Shown: one piece after another, positions 23,191 through 36,063 of the stretch
How positions within the stretch are numbered: the first letter of the stretch is position 1
Layout of the letters: each line of letters begins with the position of its first letter
Assembly (NCBI GenBank): GCA_013115145.1
Contig: JAAPAO010000185.1
Coordinates: forward strand, 1-56,566
Length of the DNA: 56,566 nucleotides
Direction of reading: 5' to 3'
Source of the DNA: Perkinsus chesapeaki ATCC PRA-425
Lineage: Eukaryota; Protista; Perkinsozoa
The notes under the pieces: generated by a model
What the model was told of the DNA's origin: nothing
The model's input: the letters and a program-made list of their open reading frames with translations, nothing else
Database searches by the model: none
Made by a program: the position numbers and the translations under genes

Positions 23191-24137
23191 ACTTCAATTT
23201 CATGACTCCCATAATGTTTTTTTGCAATGTGGGTAGTGGCGTGAAGAACACAATCTTGGCAGGCCGGCAAAGATGATTTTGAGTTAAAGCTGGGGGGTAG
23301 TAAGTTGTTACTATTCGACGTACAATCGAGATTATATGCCGCTGACCCAAGTATTAGATGGCTACTAAGATTATACCGACCTGCGAAACTCATGCTCGCC
23401 CCGGTACGGTCGTGTGATGTACACAATTGTCTGTCTTCTTCATAGCTAACACTATTTGTCCCTGTCTCCATTAACCCTCATTAATTATACTGTTAGTATC
23501 GTTATTGTGTTCTGATTACTACACGCCAGTACCGAGGATTCTGGCAATAGTTCCATGGATGTGTTTTCTTAACTCTTTCTCCACATGTTTGCATTCTCAG
23601 GTTGATTCCATGCTTTTATCAAAACGAATAAAATGCTGTTTGCGATTCGGTGCGCACCTTCAAAGCTGGCAAGGAGTTCACTGTCGGTAAAGTATATCGT
23701 CCTGGTAGAGTAAATGACAGCTGCAGGAAGGCCGTGTCGAGGCTCATAGTAGTGAGATAAAATGAATCACCTGGGGATAGAACCTGCGGCTTCAAGAATA
23801 CAGCTGAGCTGCTCTACCGCGCCGCCAATGCAGATTTTCAAAAATATAATCGGAGGTGGTTGGCACAGATGGTTTTCAGCGGAGAGTCCCTAAGCGCTAT
23901 CCACATGTTTAAAATTTCCTGTGCGGAAGTTACATGTCACCACGGAGAAGGCCAAGGTAGGCTGAGCAGCTCCAAAGATCGCATCGATTTTTAATCTCCG
24001 TTACTCGTTCTCTCGGATAGCTTGATCGATTTTATCACAAGGCTTCCCTCGCCCACCACAACATGTACAACACAAGTCAACAATCCACTCCAAAACTGCT
24101 GAAACGTAACAATCATGTCATTTTGCAAAGTCAGTCT

Positions 24138-25854
24138 TCACGGCTGTTGTTTCCGTTTCCTCGCAACAACGACAACCTTCTCGTCTTCATCCTTCTGGCC
24201 AACCGTATTGCTCGTCACCAAATCGACCGTTCCCCAGCCGGATGGAGTCAACGGTGCCTCTTCACCCTAAAGTGAGCATGAATGCAGATACAAGAGATAG
24301 ATACAAAATGGAATACTATTGAAAGACAGTATATAACGCCAACTATGGCCGCGAAAGAGATTATATGAAAATGAATAGACTTCCGAGAACTTGATTAACA
24401 ACGCTCCTACACTGGAACTCGCCTGCCAGGAAAAAGCGTGATGAACGGTGGGCAGTCCTGTAGATACATTACTGAATCGTTCACAAAACATCACAGCAAC
24501 CCAGGCTCTCGACATAATAGAGTAATCTTTATTGAGCGGAAGAATCTTAAATTTGGAACAAGTAATCTTTAAGATTTGGAATAGTATCGTTAAGAGTAGT
24601 GACACTACTGTAGTGTCACGCTACTGTAAGTATTTACACTATATACAACCGACTTACTATAGTACTGCGACACTTAGCTATACTAAGACGCAACTAGCAT
24701 CGCATCCATCCAAGAAAATTATCCCCACGACTACCTCAATATCATCATCCCAACCAACAGGCAAGTCGTACTCCTGCCGAATTCGTTCCCGAATCAGCCG
24801 CCGCCTAAGCCGAGCCGATTTCCAGCGCGCCACGAAATGCAACGCACCTTCGACTGTAGAAACTCTCTCCGGGCGTCAGACACGATACCGAGTAGATAAA
24901 AGCAAGGACAATGAGCACATTCATGGTGAAGCCAGATGGATCCTGACCAACCAAAATCATCACTCCCAGAAATGCGTCCTTCGGGGATCGAAACACGCTC
25001 CTGGGTGCGACGATACGAAATATTTATATGAAAAATGTGAATAGTAATTTATCAGTTGCTCTGGAGATTATACGCGCCCGGAGCAGAAGGAAACATCCAA
25101 CCCAGTGGTGCGCTACGACTCCCTCACCGACGATCATGCCGGAATTTATCCACCCTATTATCCTCTTCATCATCTATGTCGGTACTGCCCTAACAAAGGC
25201 TCTGAGCCCATTTCACAGTCCATCACATTTGGCAAGGGATAGATATTCCAGAAAATGCCTAAATCGAGCGAGCCTCATGTTATAGGAGAGATGCCGCCAA
25301 ATCCAGCCTTATTGAGAATGTTATATCACTGAGTAGTATTTTAAAGAATTCCTTAAAAAATGAAATTTTCCGGTAGTATCCCGACTCGTCCGCCGATCGA
25401 TAGATATCAAAATTGGCGACTCAGCGGCAACTTATATATCTGAACTCGCCAACGGTTACTCTATAGAAGCTTCTCCGCACTATATGTTTAGCCTTTAAAC
25501 TTCCTCACACAATCTCCCCAGTGAACACATTATTCCTTCTCCACCATTACTACCTTAGAAGGGCTAACAAAGAACTTATTGGCTGCATACGGCCCGAGCT
25601 TCCAATCTTTAGGAGGCATCCGGCCTTGATCCAACTTCTTGTGCGCCTATGAGGAGTTACTCCGAATATTGCGGAAATAATCACACCTGAAATCTGGGGT
25701 CGTTCTCCCAGCTAGCACCGCTCCGTCCGCCGCCAGCAGGTCCCTCTCCGCCTTGGGGCCCAAAGGGCGCTGGATCGTATTTAGCAGCCTCACCGGAGAA
25801 GGCTCTCAATCGAGCTAATGGAAGGAGCCTGGCTCGCGGAGTGGCGAGAAGCAT
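24138..25854 (-). CDS. 7-exon, 235-aa protein with a mitochondrial-presequence-like N-terminus and one hydrophobic segment; function unknown
   Basis: Exons 25687-25854, 25554-25646, 25460-25492, 25128-25189, 24848-25000, 24735-24804 and 24138-24266 are all GT-AG and phase-consistent (708 nt). The N-terminus MLLATPRARLLPLARLRAFS is Arg-rich and lacks acidic residues. Confidence 0.7.
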
Positions 25855-26551
25855 GAGATTCGGAAGGCTGATGGGTAACAAAGCGAGGTAATGCGACTGG
25901 TGAAAATTCCCTTGCCATCGATTAGTGTCGTGAAGAACGTTGTTAGGCATGTAGCGCGGTTGAGTGCCAACTCGAAAGACATCGAAATCTGGCTCGTTGG
26001 TAACAATCAATGCAGATCTCTGTCAATAGTATTTTACGGTCAAAACGAGCTTCAAGGAAGATTTGATATGACTAATCCCAAGACAGGTACGTCCAATTCC
26101 AGAGAGCTGACTCCACGGGAAGATTTTGGGAAGAAAATAACCCATTTCACTAGAATTCGATTACGTCCATGTGTGGCTCTGCATACAAATCCGCTCCGTA
26201 ATTATCAACTAATATTGGAGAGAGGACAAGTACGGCAGATCGGGAGTGGCAAGAAGCGGCGCGGTTGTCTTTCCGAACCTGCGTCGCAGAATAAGCGCAC
26301 GCCAACGTGATCGATATCTTCACAGTTGCAACTTATTCGGGCTGTTCAGTAAACTGAACAGTGAACATGTTCAGAATGCATTCCGAAACTAATTCTAGAA
26401 TCAATTCTGAATTTCAAAATTCGTTTACTGAGCAGCCCGATTGTTACATCTCTTTCGTGCAGATTTGGACGGCTCTCGTTGAGTCTGCGAGGGTGTTATT
26501 ACAGTTGGCAATACGTTTATACGTACATTCACATGCAGGTTAGTTCTATCT

Positions 26552-29500
26552 ATGTCATTGGATGCCTCAGCGATACCTACCCCTCTGATGCATGGGATTG
26601 CGGGAGCTCTAGCCAACACGCTGTCGATCGTCCTGCTATATCCTTTGGATCAAATACGTAATAGGGCTCATTAGGGGTATACAGGGTCACAAAAAATATG
26701 GAAAATTTCGGGAAAATATGTAAAAAATATTCTTTGCCGGAAATGTTAAGAAATTATTATTAACATTCGGAGCTAGATATGCACATTTTAGAAATGATGT
26801 TATTTGGTCCGGGATGCTAGAAACAGGATTACTCCAATTTTGAAGTAAATGTGATTCGGGAAAGTGCCCAGAATTTGGTAATTCGGCGAGTCTAAAGAGC
26901 TTCCTTCGTCTAGGTACCATTCAACAGGCGGCATCATCTCGAAACTCCGGTGTTTCCCTCTCTCATTTGCTATCCCTGAGGAATATCCCTTCACTCTACC
27001 AGGGGATTGGAGCGTCTGTGGAGGCATTGCTGGTCAGCTATTTTGTGTTCTTCTTTGCATTTGCGTAAGTAAATATCTCAAGCGACGTCTTTACATTGCG
27101 ACATGAATCCTCTACTCTGTCATCGAGTTATTGGATTATTCATAGTTTTGTAAAAAGTTAAATAATAAATATCGATTTCTTACTATTTATTGCAGCAATC
27201 TGATGAGCTTCCCTGACTCGGAGACTTGGAAAAAAGACGTCCTTTCGACTACTAGCGGTTATGTTCAGATACTTTAGACGTAGCAAGTTGCAGTTTTCTG
27301 GAAGGAGCAGACCGACACCATTCGACAATCTTGTATCATCTATGGCGGCCGGAATTCTGAATGTAAAATATCGATATAGCAGCTCGCATTATCTCACCGG
27401 ATACACACGGGTCTAGATTCTTGCTAGTAGATGGGATACGCTAACCACTGGTTATATAATTGTATGGTCAAGTATGAGTGAGCGCGTTGGTCAATCTGAT
27501 GTAGCAGTTCCGCAGGAGGAGAATCTCTATCTGTCTAGTTATGTTATATTGTATCTACTGTCGAGCGGTAATAATATCGCTGAGTGAGAGCCTCAGCGTA
27601 AGTCGAAGGACAGGTGTGAGTTGAGCTTCTGATTCTTACTGGCCTACAACTAGAAATCAATAAACTAACAGGCTGAGCCAAATCTTAGCCGCATCTAATG
27701 TTAAATGGTTATTTAGTAGTTCAGTCTTGGCAATTGTCTATAAGGGTTAGGCAGTGTGTCGACTGGCAATTATTGTACTAATACGCAGCGGTAAGAGTAC
27801 TATATAATGAATGTGTAGTTTGTCAAGAAGCGAATCATTCACAAAGATTTTATAAGGAAACAAAATGATAATCAGTGGGATTTCTATTGAATATCATTAT
27901 CTTGTAGTAGTTGCACTTCTCCAATTTCAGGTGCTCATGACGAGCCCTCTATGGGTGTATTCTACCACCAAACGTCTGGGAAGCACATCTCGCGGGGAGT
28001 CGTTTCTTGGTTTTGTAATGGGTAGGGAGAAGTGGTCTGATTTATGGAAAGGTAGTCGAAGGACGGCGAGAATACCAGTTAGATTGCAGCTGCTTTGCAT
28101 AATGGAGAAGCTTGAAATAGATTATTTTTCCGCAAATATTTTCCCTAAAATTTCCCAGTAGATTAATTTTATCATTATATATCGTATCATATGACTCTAC
28201 AGATTTATTTTCATTGAAAATGTCCACACTGTTCAAATATCAAGCTATTCGGAAATCGACGGGCTACACCTTCACTTTGATTCGGGTATGAAGTTGGTGC
28301 TTATTCTAAATTCCAATGCACCAGTTGGCTCTCGTGTCTATCCTTTCGGTTTCAATTTCATATCGGAGGTTCGAATCCGATCTCTGGTTTCCGAGTTCTC
28401 TCTTCGCCGAAGAGAGCGTTCGGTAAGACTCAGTTTCTCTTCAGGAACTGCGGCCTCATTGTGGCTAGTCGGCAACCCGGTGGTGCACTTCGTCGTATAC
28501 GAAAGTGGAAGATTGGCATTATTGAGCCGAACTCAGCCAGCAAGGCAGAGGGTAGTAGGGAATCGGCTCACCGGATCGCGAATGAATCATGAACCGTTCG
28601 GGGACAGAGATTCATCTGACATCGCGGAAATCGTCCTTCGAGGGTCAAGAATTGTTGGTAGCGTGGACCGGAAGAACTGTTTAACGATTTACTAATAGTG
28701 CTATCATTCATATAACTGTTCAACGATTTATTAATGGTGCTATCTTTCATACAACGATTTTGAAGATTTACGAAATGTAACGATCTAAGTGTCAGATAGA
28801 AATACAGTTAGTAGCTGTGTTTCTATCGCTTTTACCAGTAAGTAGTATTAATTATGCGTATTAGCAACAGTCTAGAGGAATGCTTCTCAATTTGGGCAAC
28901 AGCCTATGTGTTTGTGGATCCTAAAATCCTGGCCATTTCTGGTAGTAATATCTGATGTAGTGGTATTGTCTACACTGGAAATCACTTCTGTCTCCTCGAT
29001 TGTGTTCCACTTTTTGATCGATGCGAAAATCTAAAGCTAACGATAAATTTCACTCCTCTATATAAGTATTTTGATTGGAATGGTCCGCCGTTGTGAAACG
29101 TACACTGCAACGGTTCGTAGTCGGTTATTGTACGATGAAACGTCCTCTACTGTCTTCCTCGAAAACTGGCATTGGTTGTATTATAAAACCGTCACGGTTT
29201 GTCCTTTCGACTTTCAATTCATTATATTCTCATAAGTGAAATTCGCACTTTATCGAAATGTATTGCTAAGGATCTTAGGGTTTCTCGGCGATAGATGACG
29301 GAGTATCTGCAGAAGGCGTGAGAGTGCTGACTGATAGGCAAGCGATGGTGCTGGGAGGGCTCGCCAAGTTCACCGCTACAATGGCAACTTATCCTCTACA
29401 GGTGAGTTCCAGCGACAGCTAAAAAGTTGTAATTTGCTTAATGGTTTGTTGTCTCCTGAATGATGAGTAGTCAGTAAAAGGACTAGTTTTTAATCTCTCG

Positions 29501-32500
29501 TCAATCCGTCGAATCAGCAGCGATATGGACCATACTGGTCCATATCGCTGCTGCTGCTGTAGAGCAGCGACGTAGAAGAGAAGTAGCACTGCCGCTAGCC
29601 TAGGGTGATGGCTAGCAGTACTCAATATGGCTACTTGCAATGTAAGACAGTTAACTTAATATAGATTATAAATGTAGATGATGGATGTTCGCTAAATGAT
29701 GGCAAACACGTTGGCGTTATTTTGCCCTGGTTTTTTACTGTGTTCATAGAGGGTGCTGCAGACAAGAGGGCGCGCCCCTCGAAAATTATTAAACAAGAGA
29801 AGCTAATATAACTGAATTTGACGTCCGAACTGGGCTCCGAGTTACAGCTGGTCTAATAGTTAAATGAGCTATTGGACTTGAATTTTCGGAAGAAGTCGGG
29901 CGAGCGATATATAACATCATTCAAGGCATTATTAAGCAATTGGGAACCTTCTTGAGCATTCTGAGCTCCCATGCTTTTTCGAGTGAGTTTCGAGCACCCA
30001 GAAGTGCCCGAGCAGAGGGCACCTGCTGATCACAAAAAAACGACTTCTGCTGAGCAGCTTGTGAACGGATACGTGGCTAAGTCGAATACGAGACGAAAAA
30101 GGAACACCAAGTGGGCGCGCGCTAATCAGACGCGCGAAATGAGTGCTTCCCGTCATTGCCGTCTCCTGTCCAGAAAAGGGGCCGATATCCCGTCTTGCAG
30201 GCTTTTCAATTCTCCATTGATGATGTCCAAGTCCTTCATTATTCTTAACGTGGTCTTCCCATTTTGGCGTGGTGGTTGTGAAGCCACAGAGTTGCCAGTG
30301 ACCTCGTCAGAGCTCAAACAAGGTACATATAAGGCAGTTGCAATGCCCGATAGCAGTAAGATTTGCCCTTCACTGCCGACACTTGAAGAGTTCACCATGG
30401 AAGTTAAAGATGGGGTGAATGGCCAATTGGCGAGGTTGACAGCTAAGATTAACGGGCATGATGATGTTGTCATGCGCGATTATGAAAAGTTAGTGTGGTT
30501 CTCGAAAGTGGGAAGCCGAAGTGTATGCGTTTCTTGACCGGAGGTTACCTAGGAGGAGAATTTGTATGGAAAATTCCGGGTCATCTCGGGCTGGGGTCTA
30601 GACCAAAACCGGCTTCTGACTTAACCCTCTGCGTGCAAGATAAAAAGTTAACAGTGAACCTGATAAAAGTAAAGGAACGAGAATACATACGAGCTTATGA
30701 GCACAGTTTTGAACTCGTGGACAGATCATCTATGGGTCTGGGCAAGAGAAGTCAGCACCAATCATATCCTCACTCGTCCACGAAAGAGCCCCCGAGGAAG
30801 CGTGTAAGACAACACAGTGCCGGAGATGCCGAGTCCGGAGATCTGAGCAAGCCCGGAAGATCCATGAATATGCCTCTGAGGGCTGATAAGGGCATAACCA
30901 GGATGTCACCGCATAAGGGAATCCCTGGTACTACTGGCGTGCATCAGGGAAGTGCTACGGGCCCCGGACCGAGCGGTAATCAGCTCCATCCGAAGAGCCT
31001 TTATCACCCATCCCATCCTCTTCGAGTAAACGAGCTACAGACGGGGACAGCTACGGATAACGCACTCGATCTGGAAGATATAGATGTTGACAATTGGAAT
31101 GGTCAGCCGGATATGGCCGATGAGATACTGGATTCGGCAAAAGCTGACAGTATTGTGAACCCTTCTAGCACGGGAATGAGTAGCAAGCACATTGGCGGAC
31201 AAGTGGTCCAACATGATAACTCTTATAATGAGATATTGTCTTACTTAAAGGATGAAACTGCACCTAAGGGGAGTGGGTCATCCAGTGTTTTATTGGACTT
31301 TAATACGGAAGCTCTACCTGATTATGATAGTATGCTTGAAAACATATTAGACTTGAAGGACGAAGCTGAACAGAGGCGACCATAGCCGTTGACAATGTTT
31401 AGATCTACGACTTATGTTATTCATGTAATCTCTTTGATGTTTATATCCACTTAATTCTAAAGCCCGAAAACAACTTCCACTGTATTGATGTAATCCCTTG
31501 CATGTTTATACTTATTCGATTATTATCCTTATTAAGGGATTTACTTTATTGCGAGTATTCAATCTTCGACAAGTGTTGCCGTGCTCCGTGACGAAACCGG
31601 AATATTATTGCCTTCCACAGTTTGCCATACCAAAATCAATATAGCTGTGTAATATCAATCAGTTATTCATATTATATGGAGCTACCGATAAAGCTACTAG
31701 ATCAGACATTAGTGGACGAAGCCCAGAAAGTTGTGCATTCCACCTTGCACAACACAACGCCCTTGCCGTTCAAATTGGAGCCGAAACAACATTAGGGCTC
31801 AAAGGACCAAATTAGATTATTGATTCGGATCCTACGCGAAAAGATGCTTTCAGTGGGGATGATGACTGTCGGATAAACGTCCTTTCCTTGAGGCATGTTG
31901 CACTGTTCACCGCGCCGTTAAACGGTTAGCTTCCGTAAAGATTGAAAACTTGACCTCAGGTCAGCAGCACGAGTGCGTTGGCGCCGCTAGCGAATTGCCA
32001 AGAACACAGCACTATTCGAAACGGTGTGTACGATGTGTACTGCTCGCGTAGTTGGTACAGAACCCGGCACGGAGCTTGCTGAGGGGTACCGTAGCATACT
32101 TCCAGTTTCATGGCATCCCTCCACCCCAGATAGCAATCGGTGACGCCGGTACATCGACAGTTTGCAGCTATAGGGGATAATGCCATATGAAAATTAAGTG
32201 TCGATGATGGCGCGCCTTGGGAACGTCTGTCATCATGAGAGACAATGAAGGAGACATTAGGCTTTCATGTCTTCTTCGACTTTTTTCATAATTCGACTCA
32301 AATCCTTCGAGGCATGATATGCCATCCGACCAGGCGCCAGTGGTCGAGTGTGGTCAGCTCGGTGCTCGGTAATTAGTTATATTTGGGAAAAGATTATTGT
32401 ACTGATGAAAGTAGATGATGTACATGTGCATCGGCGTGCAATTAGTTGATCAAACACTTGTAGCGTTATTACACTGTCATATCCAATGTAATAATAAGTT

Positions 32501-34000
32501 GAGGCTCGGATATGGGAAGATCTCTGGCGTATTCCTGCCTGTGAGTTTGAACATCTTAGTGGGTCCTTGATGAGTTAGAGCATGATTGCAATGTAGAGAT
32601 CATGCCGGTTTGAGCAACCATAAAGTTCATAGGAGATAACCGAGTGTTGATTAGCAATACTCGTTCACATCATGGTATGAGATAGAGGACATAACTCGGG
32701 AACAGCGCTCCATTTAGCCTCGATATATCATCATCCCGCACTCCATGACTCATGGACCATGAAGAGTGAGAAACCGCCAGTAGACATTTCATGAAAGGCT
32801 GTGCCACAGCGGCTGTGGAGCGCAAGAGTACCAGCATATAGCTGAGTTCGACTCATTAGTATTTGGCAAATTAGGGCGCCTAAGCGAAGGGACAGCAGGT
32901 ATGACACAATTGGTGCCACAAGCACCTGCAGGCTGCCTGCACTTACTAGATTGTTTAAGATCAGTCTGAATTGTATGCGTCTTGAAGTGCCGCATTGCGG
33001 GTGGCTCGTAATAAGCTGCAAATGGTGAGAAACATAAAATGCTCCCTAGAGGAATGTGCTTGATGTTTCTTTTTGCTCTTGGAATTCCCGTCCGCATCAG
33101 GAACTCATTGTGGTCCTGAGAAGCACTCTCAAATGTGGCCAAACGCTTCCTAGTCCAGTTCGTTATACGGTGTTAGTAAATCCTTTGAGAAAGTTTGATG
33201 AATGTAGATACGATTCGTAGCTTCCGACAACAACTGTGTGATAACGCGTATCATTTCAGCTCGTCCAGACAATACTGAGAGCTGAGGGAAAGAGCAACCA
33301 ATCAATGACAACTCTGGGATGCCTGTTGATGGTGTATCGAAGAAGTGGCGTCATTGGATGTTATTCGGGACTGCAGGCCAAATTAACACAAACTGTAAGC
33401 GCTTTAAATGCGGGCAATTTCGCACTGAAATTGCGAGAAATTTTGTTTCCCTCAATACTTAACGATTTTTTTTCTGTGTTTGGCTGATTTTTCCTGGATA
33501 TTTTAGCAAGCATTTTACTCAGTTTAACTAAAAAGCAGATCACATTGTAGTATTCCACACTTGCTTCAGCTTCATGCTAAAATTATGGAAAGTTAGGCAT
33601 CTCATTTGTTGCTTTTTCGGAAGAAAATTTCCCGGGAAATTTTCCCCGTTTTATTCGGAATTTTTTTGCATTGCAAATTCCAGGATGTATGTGATGACGA
33701 ATTGCTATCGAAGTTTCAAGACGTCTCTTTAGGGAAGTAACGGGTTTGTGAACGTTTGCTTTGTAGCGCACGTGTGTGCTTAAAAATCGAAGACATCGTC
33801 CCTCTGAAAAATTTTATGCGAAAATTTTTTACCTGAAGTGTTGTCCCTGCCGAGCTGGCCATTGAACTCCCTTCGCCCTTCAGGTTCTAAATGCGATGCT
33901 AATGTCTGTATTATACGAAAGGATTTTGAAGATAGTTCAACGCAATTCTTATACCGTGTCATCGGCTATTAAGAGGTACCGGGCAAAGCTGCCGGAATAA
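26552..34000 (+). CDS. SLC25 carrier of the peroxisomal PMP34/SLC25A17-like type, 8 exons, ~317 aa
   Basis: Exons 26552-26657, 26914-27064, 27269-27362, 27931-28051, 28445-28551, 29279-29401, 33260-33394 and 33884-34000 are phase-consistent. Three carrier repeats: HGIAGALA...YPLDQIR, AAGILNVLMTSPLWV, and GGLAKFTATMATYPLQLVQTILR...YSGLQAKLTQTVLNAMLMSVLYE. Confidence 0.85.
30220..31385 (+). pseudogene. Nested gene inside carrier intron 6: signal-peptide-like start and low-complexity C-terminus, with a frameshift near 30508
   Basis: Overlapping ORFs 29971-30537 and 30495-31385 switch frame at LVWFSK / GKPKCMRFL. The candidate 36-nt intron 30508-30543 would give an immediate stop, so this is a frameshift or an assembly error. 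Confidence 0.6.
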
Positions 34001-34003
34001 AAG

Positions 34004-34035
34004 GCGCAGGTTCAATTCCTGGCTGGGGCATTTTT
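34004..34035 (+). other. tRNA-like 3' fragment (T-arm, acceptor 3' strand, A, T5) just after the carrier stop codon
   Basis: GCAGG-TTCAATT-CCTGG-CTGGGGC-A-TTTTT. No matching 5' half lies upstream. Confidence 0.6.
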
Positions 34036-36063
34036 CTGTAATTATCATCTGTACTGTAACGATATATTCACGTTGTATTACGAAAATCGAGTTTCTATTT
34101 CTTTGTAGAGTTTCGTTGGGCTACTTGATGATTCGGAAGCGATTATACCCCACAGGTGGGTTCATATGGGATTTAACGATGTAAAGTTTTTACCACGGAT
34201 TTGAAATATCTCATTACTTTACGATGAATGAAATGCTAAGTGATTCAGCCCAAGTCTAAAAGGGACTTTAAATTCCCTTTCAGCTCTTTGGTTTTTTTCA
34301 CGAAAATTCCATGTTTGAATCTGAAGTATTTCCATCCCCGAGCGAAACCATTCCTACGGTGATGCTGAATGGCTCCTTGGACTTTGATAAACGACTCAAG
34401 TGAATGTATTAGTTCATTGGTGAATGATAAAATAGTACTATAATAATTATAGGTAATTAGGGATTCTCGTTATGTTATAAATATATTAATAACATTATAA
34501 TTGATATCATTGTACACTGCGCATCAAATTCTGATCAGCTCTTTTAAGAGTTGAGAACAACTAAGGTGTGGTTATTAGCTCATTTGACGCACCCTACATA
34601 TAGTAACTTCGTATATAATAGAGATTCCACCTTCTCCTTCAATATCATTCTCCATCTGCTTAAGGCATATTCCGGTGCTGATGAAATGTTGCAGTGACGC
34701 GCAATATCTTGGCGCGCGGTCGTGAACGATGATTCTGCGAGGCCTCTAGAGCTAGGGGCATTATAATCTGATTTTTGATAGATATCTGATCCACCATCAT
34801 TATAGTATTCAAAGCAAGGTGTGCATTAGTTAAGAGCAGCGTATGGTTCCTGGAATATATAGTCCTTCTGGGACGAACAGCGAGCACACAAGCTGATTAC
34901 ACCACGTTCCATTGGGCGATTGCTCAGTAATGCGGTAAACATCAAATCGATTTTACCCCATTCGCGCATTTGGCATCTGCGACGCTTTTGATTTAATCAA
35001 CCGCTCTACAGGAGCTGCCCCAGAACGGTTATATATTATAGAAGATCCTCCCCCGCCGAGGAATCTACATTGCTGCCGATTTCTGCATCCCCGCCGATTA
35101 CCCGAAAATAATGCGAACTCCTTGGACCGATCATTATTATGAGTAGCAGCACAGATGGTAACATTTGCAATCGGTATTTCACCGGAGTTCGGCAGGCTAC
35201 GACAACTTTCTAAAACCGACACAGCGATGCACTGCTGCTGGCTAGCCTGCTCGAAGGGGACAGACTGCTGCACAAGATAAAGTTGTGTATAACATTTCAT
35301 AAACTTCATTATCAAACTAATGATCGAACGAGTCCGATTTACTATGGACTAATTTATCGTAATAAATGTAACACTAATATATTAGATTGGAAGTTGTCGC
35401 ATAATTTCGCCTGATGTCTGGTATCGGAATATCTGACCGCAGCCTTCCGAGACTTGGCATTTTTGGTGGAGTACTTGAGTGTAGAAATTCATCGAGATAA
35501 TTTAAAGACGTCTACGGCGTGCTTTCTGTGAAGTTACTTACCATTTAGGATTTAACAGTATATTATTCGCTTATGTCCAATAATTATTCCACATCAGCAC
35601 AGCCGTATAGCTCCAAACAAGATCAAGAGCAAGGTGATATTGGGGAAGGCAAGGGGAGGGGGGGGGGCATAGAGGAGCATCATATGAGATGATGGTATGA
35701 TTGATGGACGATACCGTATTAGACATAGCAGCAGGAAGGTGTGCCTGTTAGTCTGTATTTTCTGTTCTCTCTTAAGAACGCTTTTCCTTCTCCTTCAAAT
35801 GCTTCTCCGGAAGGCTGGATGAATCGCTTCGTGTAATCAGTTCGCCTGCTCGGTTGGGCTGTGTAAAATGGGCCACACCATTTCGATTCTATTGAGATCG
35901 AAATAGTTGACACTAAACTGACGAAAAATCAGCATTAACCTCGTTATATTGGAAAAACAATCGAAAAAACTCAGCAGGTCATATAATTTTGTAATGTTCT
36001 GCAATGCCCCACACAACTTGTACTTTTCCTAGATAAGAATACTGTCCTAGACTTCATGCTCAG

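Noticed and set aside
24532-25044. 170-aa plus-strand ORF
   Set aside because: It overlaps the phase-consistent minus-strand spliced gene in antisense and has no recognisable features.
25891-26310. 139-aa ORF between the divergent genes
   Set aside because: It has no motif or splice support and lies in the probable promoter interval. It cannot be fully excluded.
33960-34035. Complete tRNA gene
   Set aside because: Only the T-arm and 3' acceptor strand are present. The upstream sequence is carrier coding sequence with no A-box or complementary acceptor strand.
35641-35667. G-rich tract as a G-quadruplex element
   Set aside because: It is an isolated homopolymer-type run, error-prone in assembly, with no supporting context.
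34560-35913. Minus-strand multi-exon gene
   Set aside because: There are several protein-like ORF pieces, but I could not build a phase-consistent model or recognise a family.
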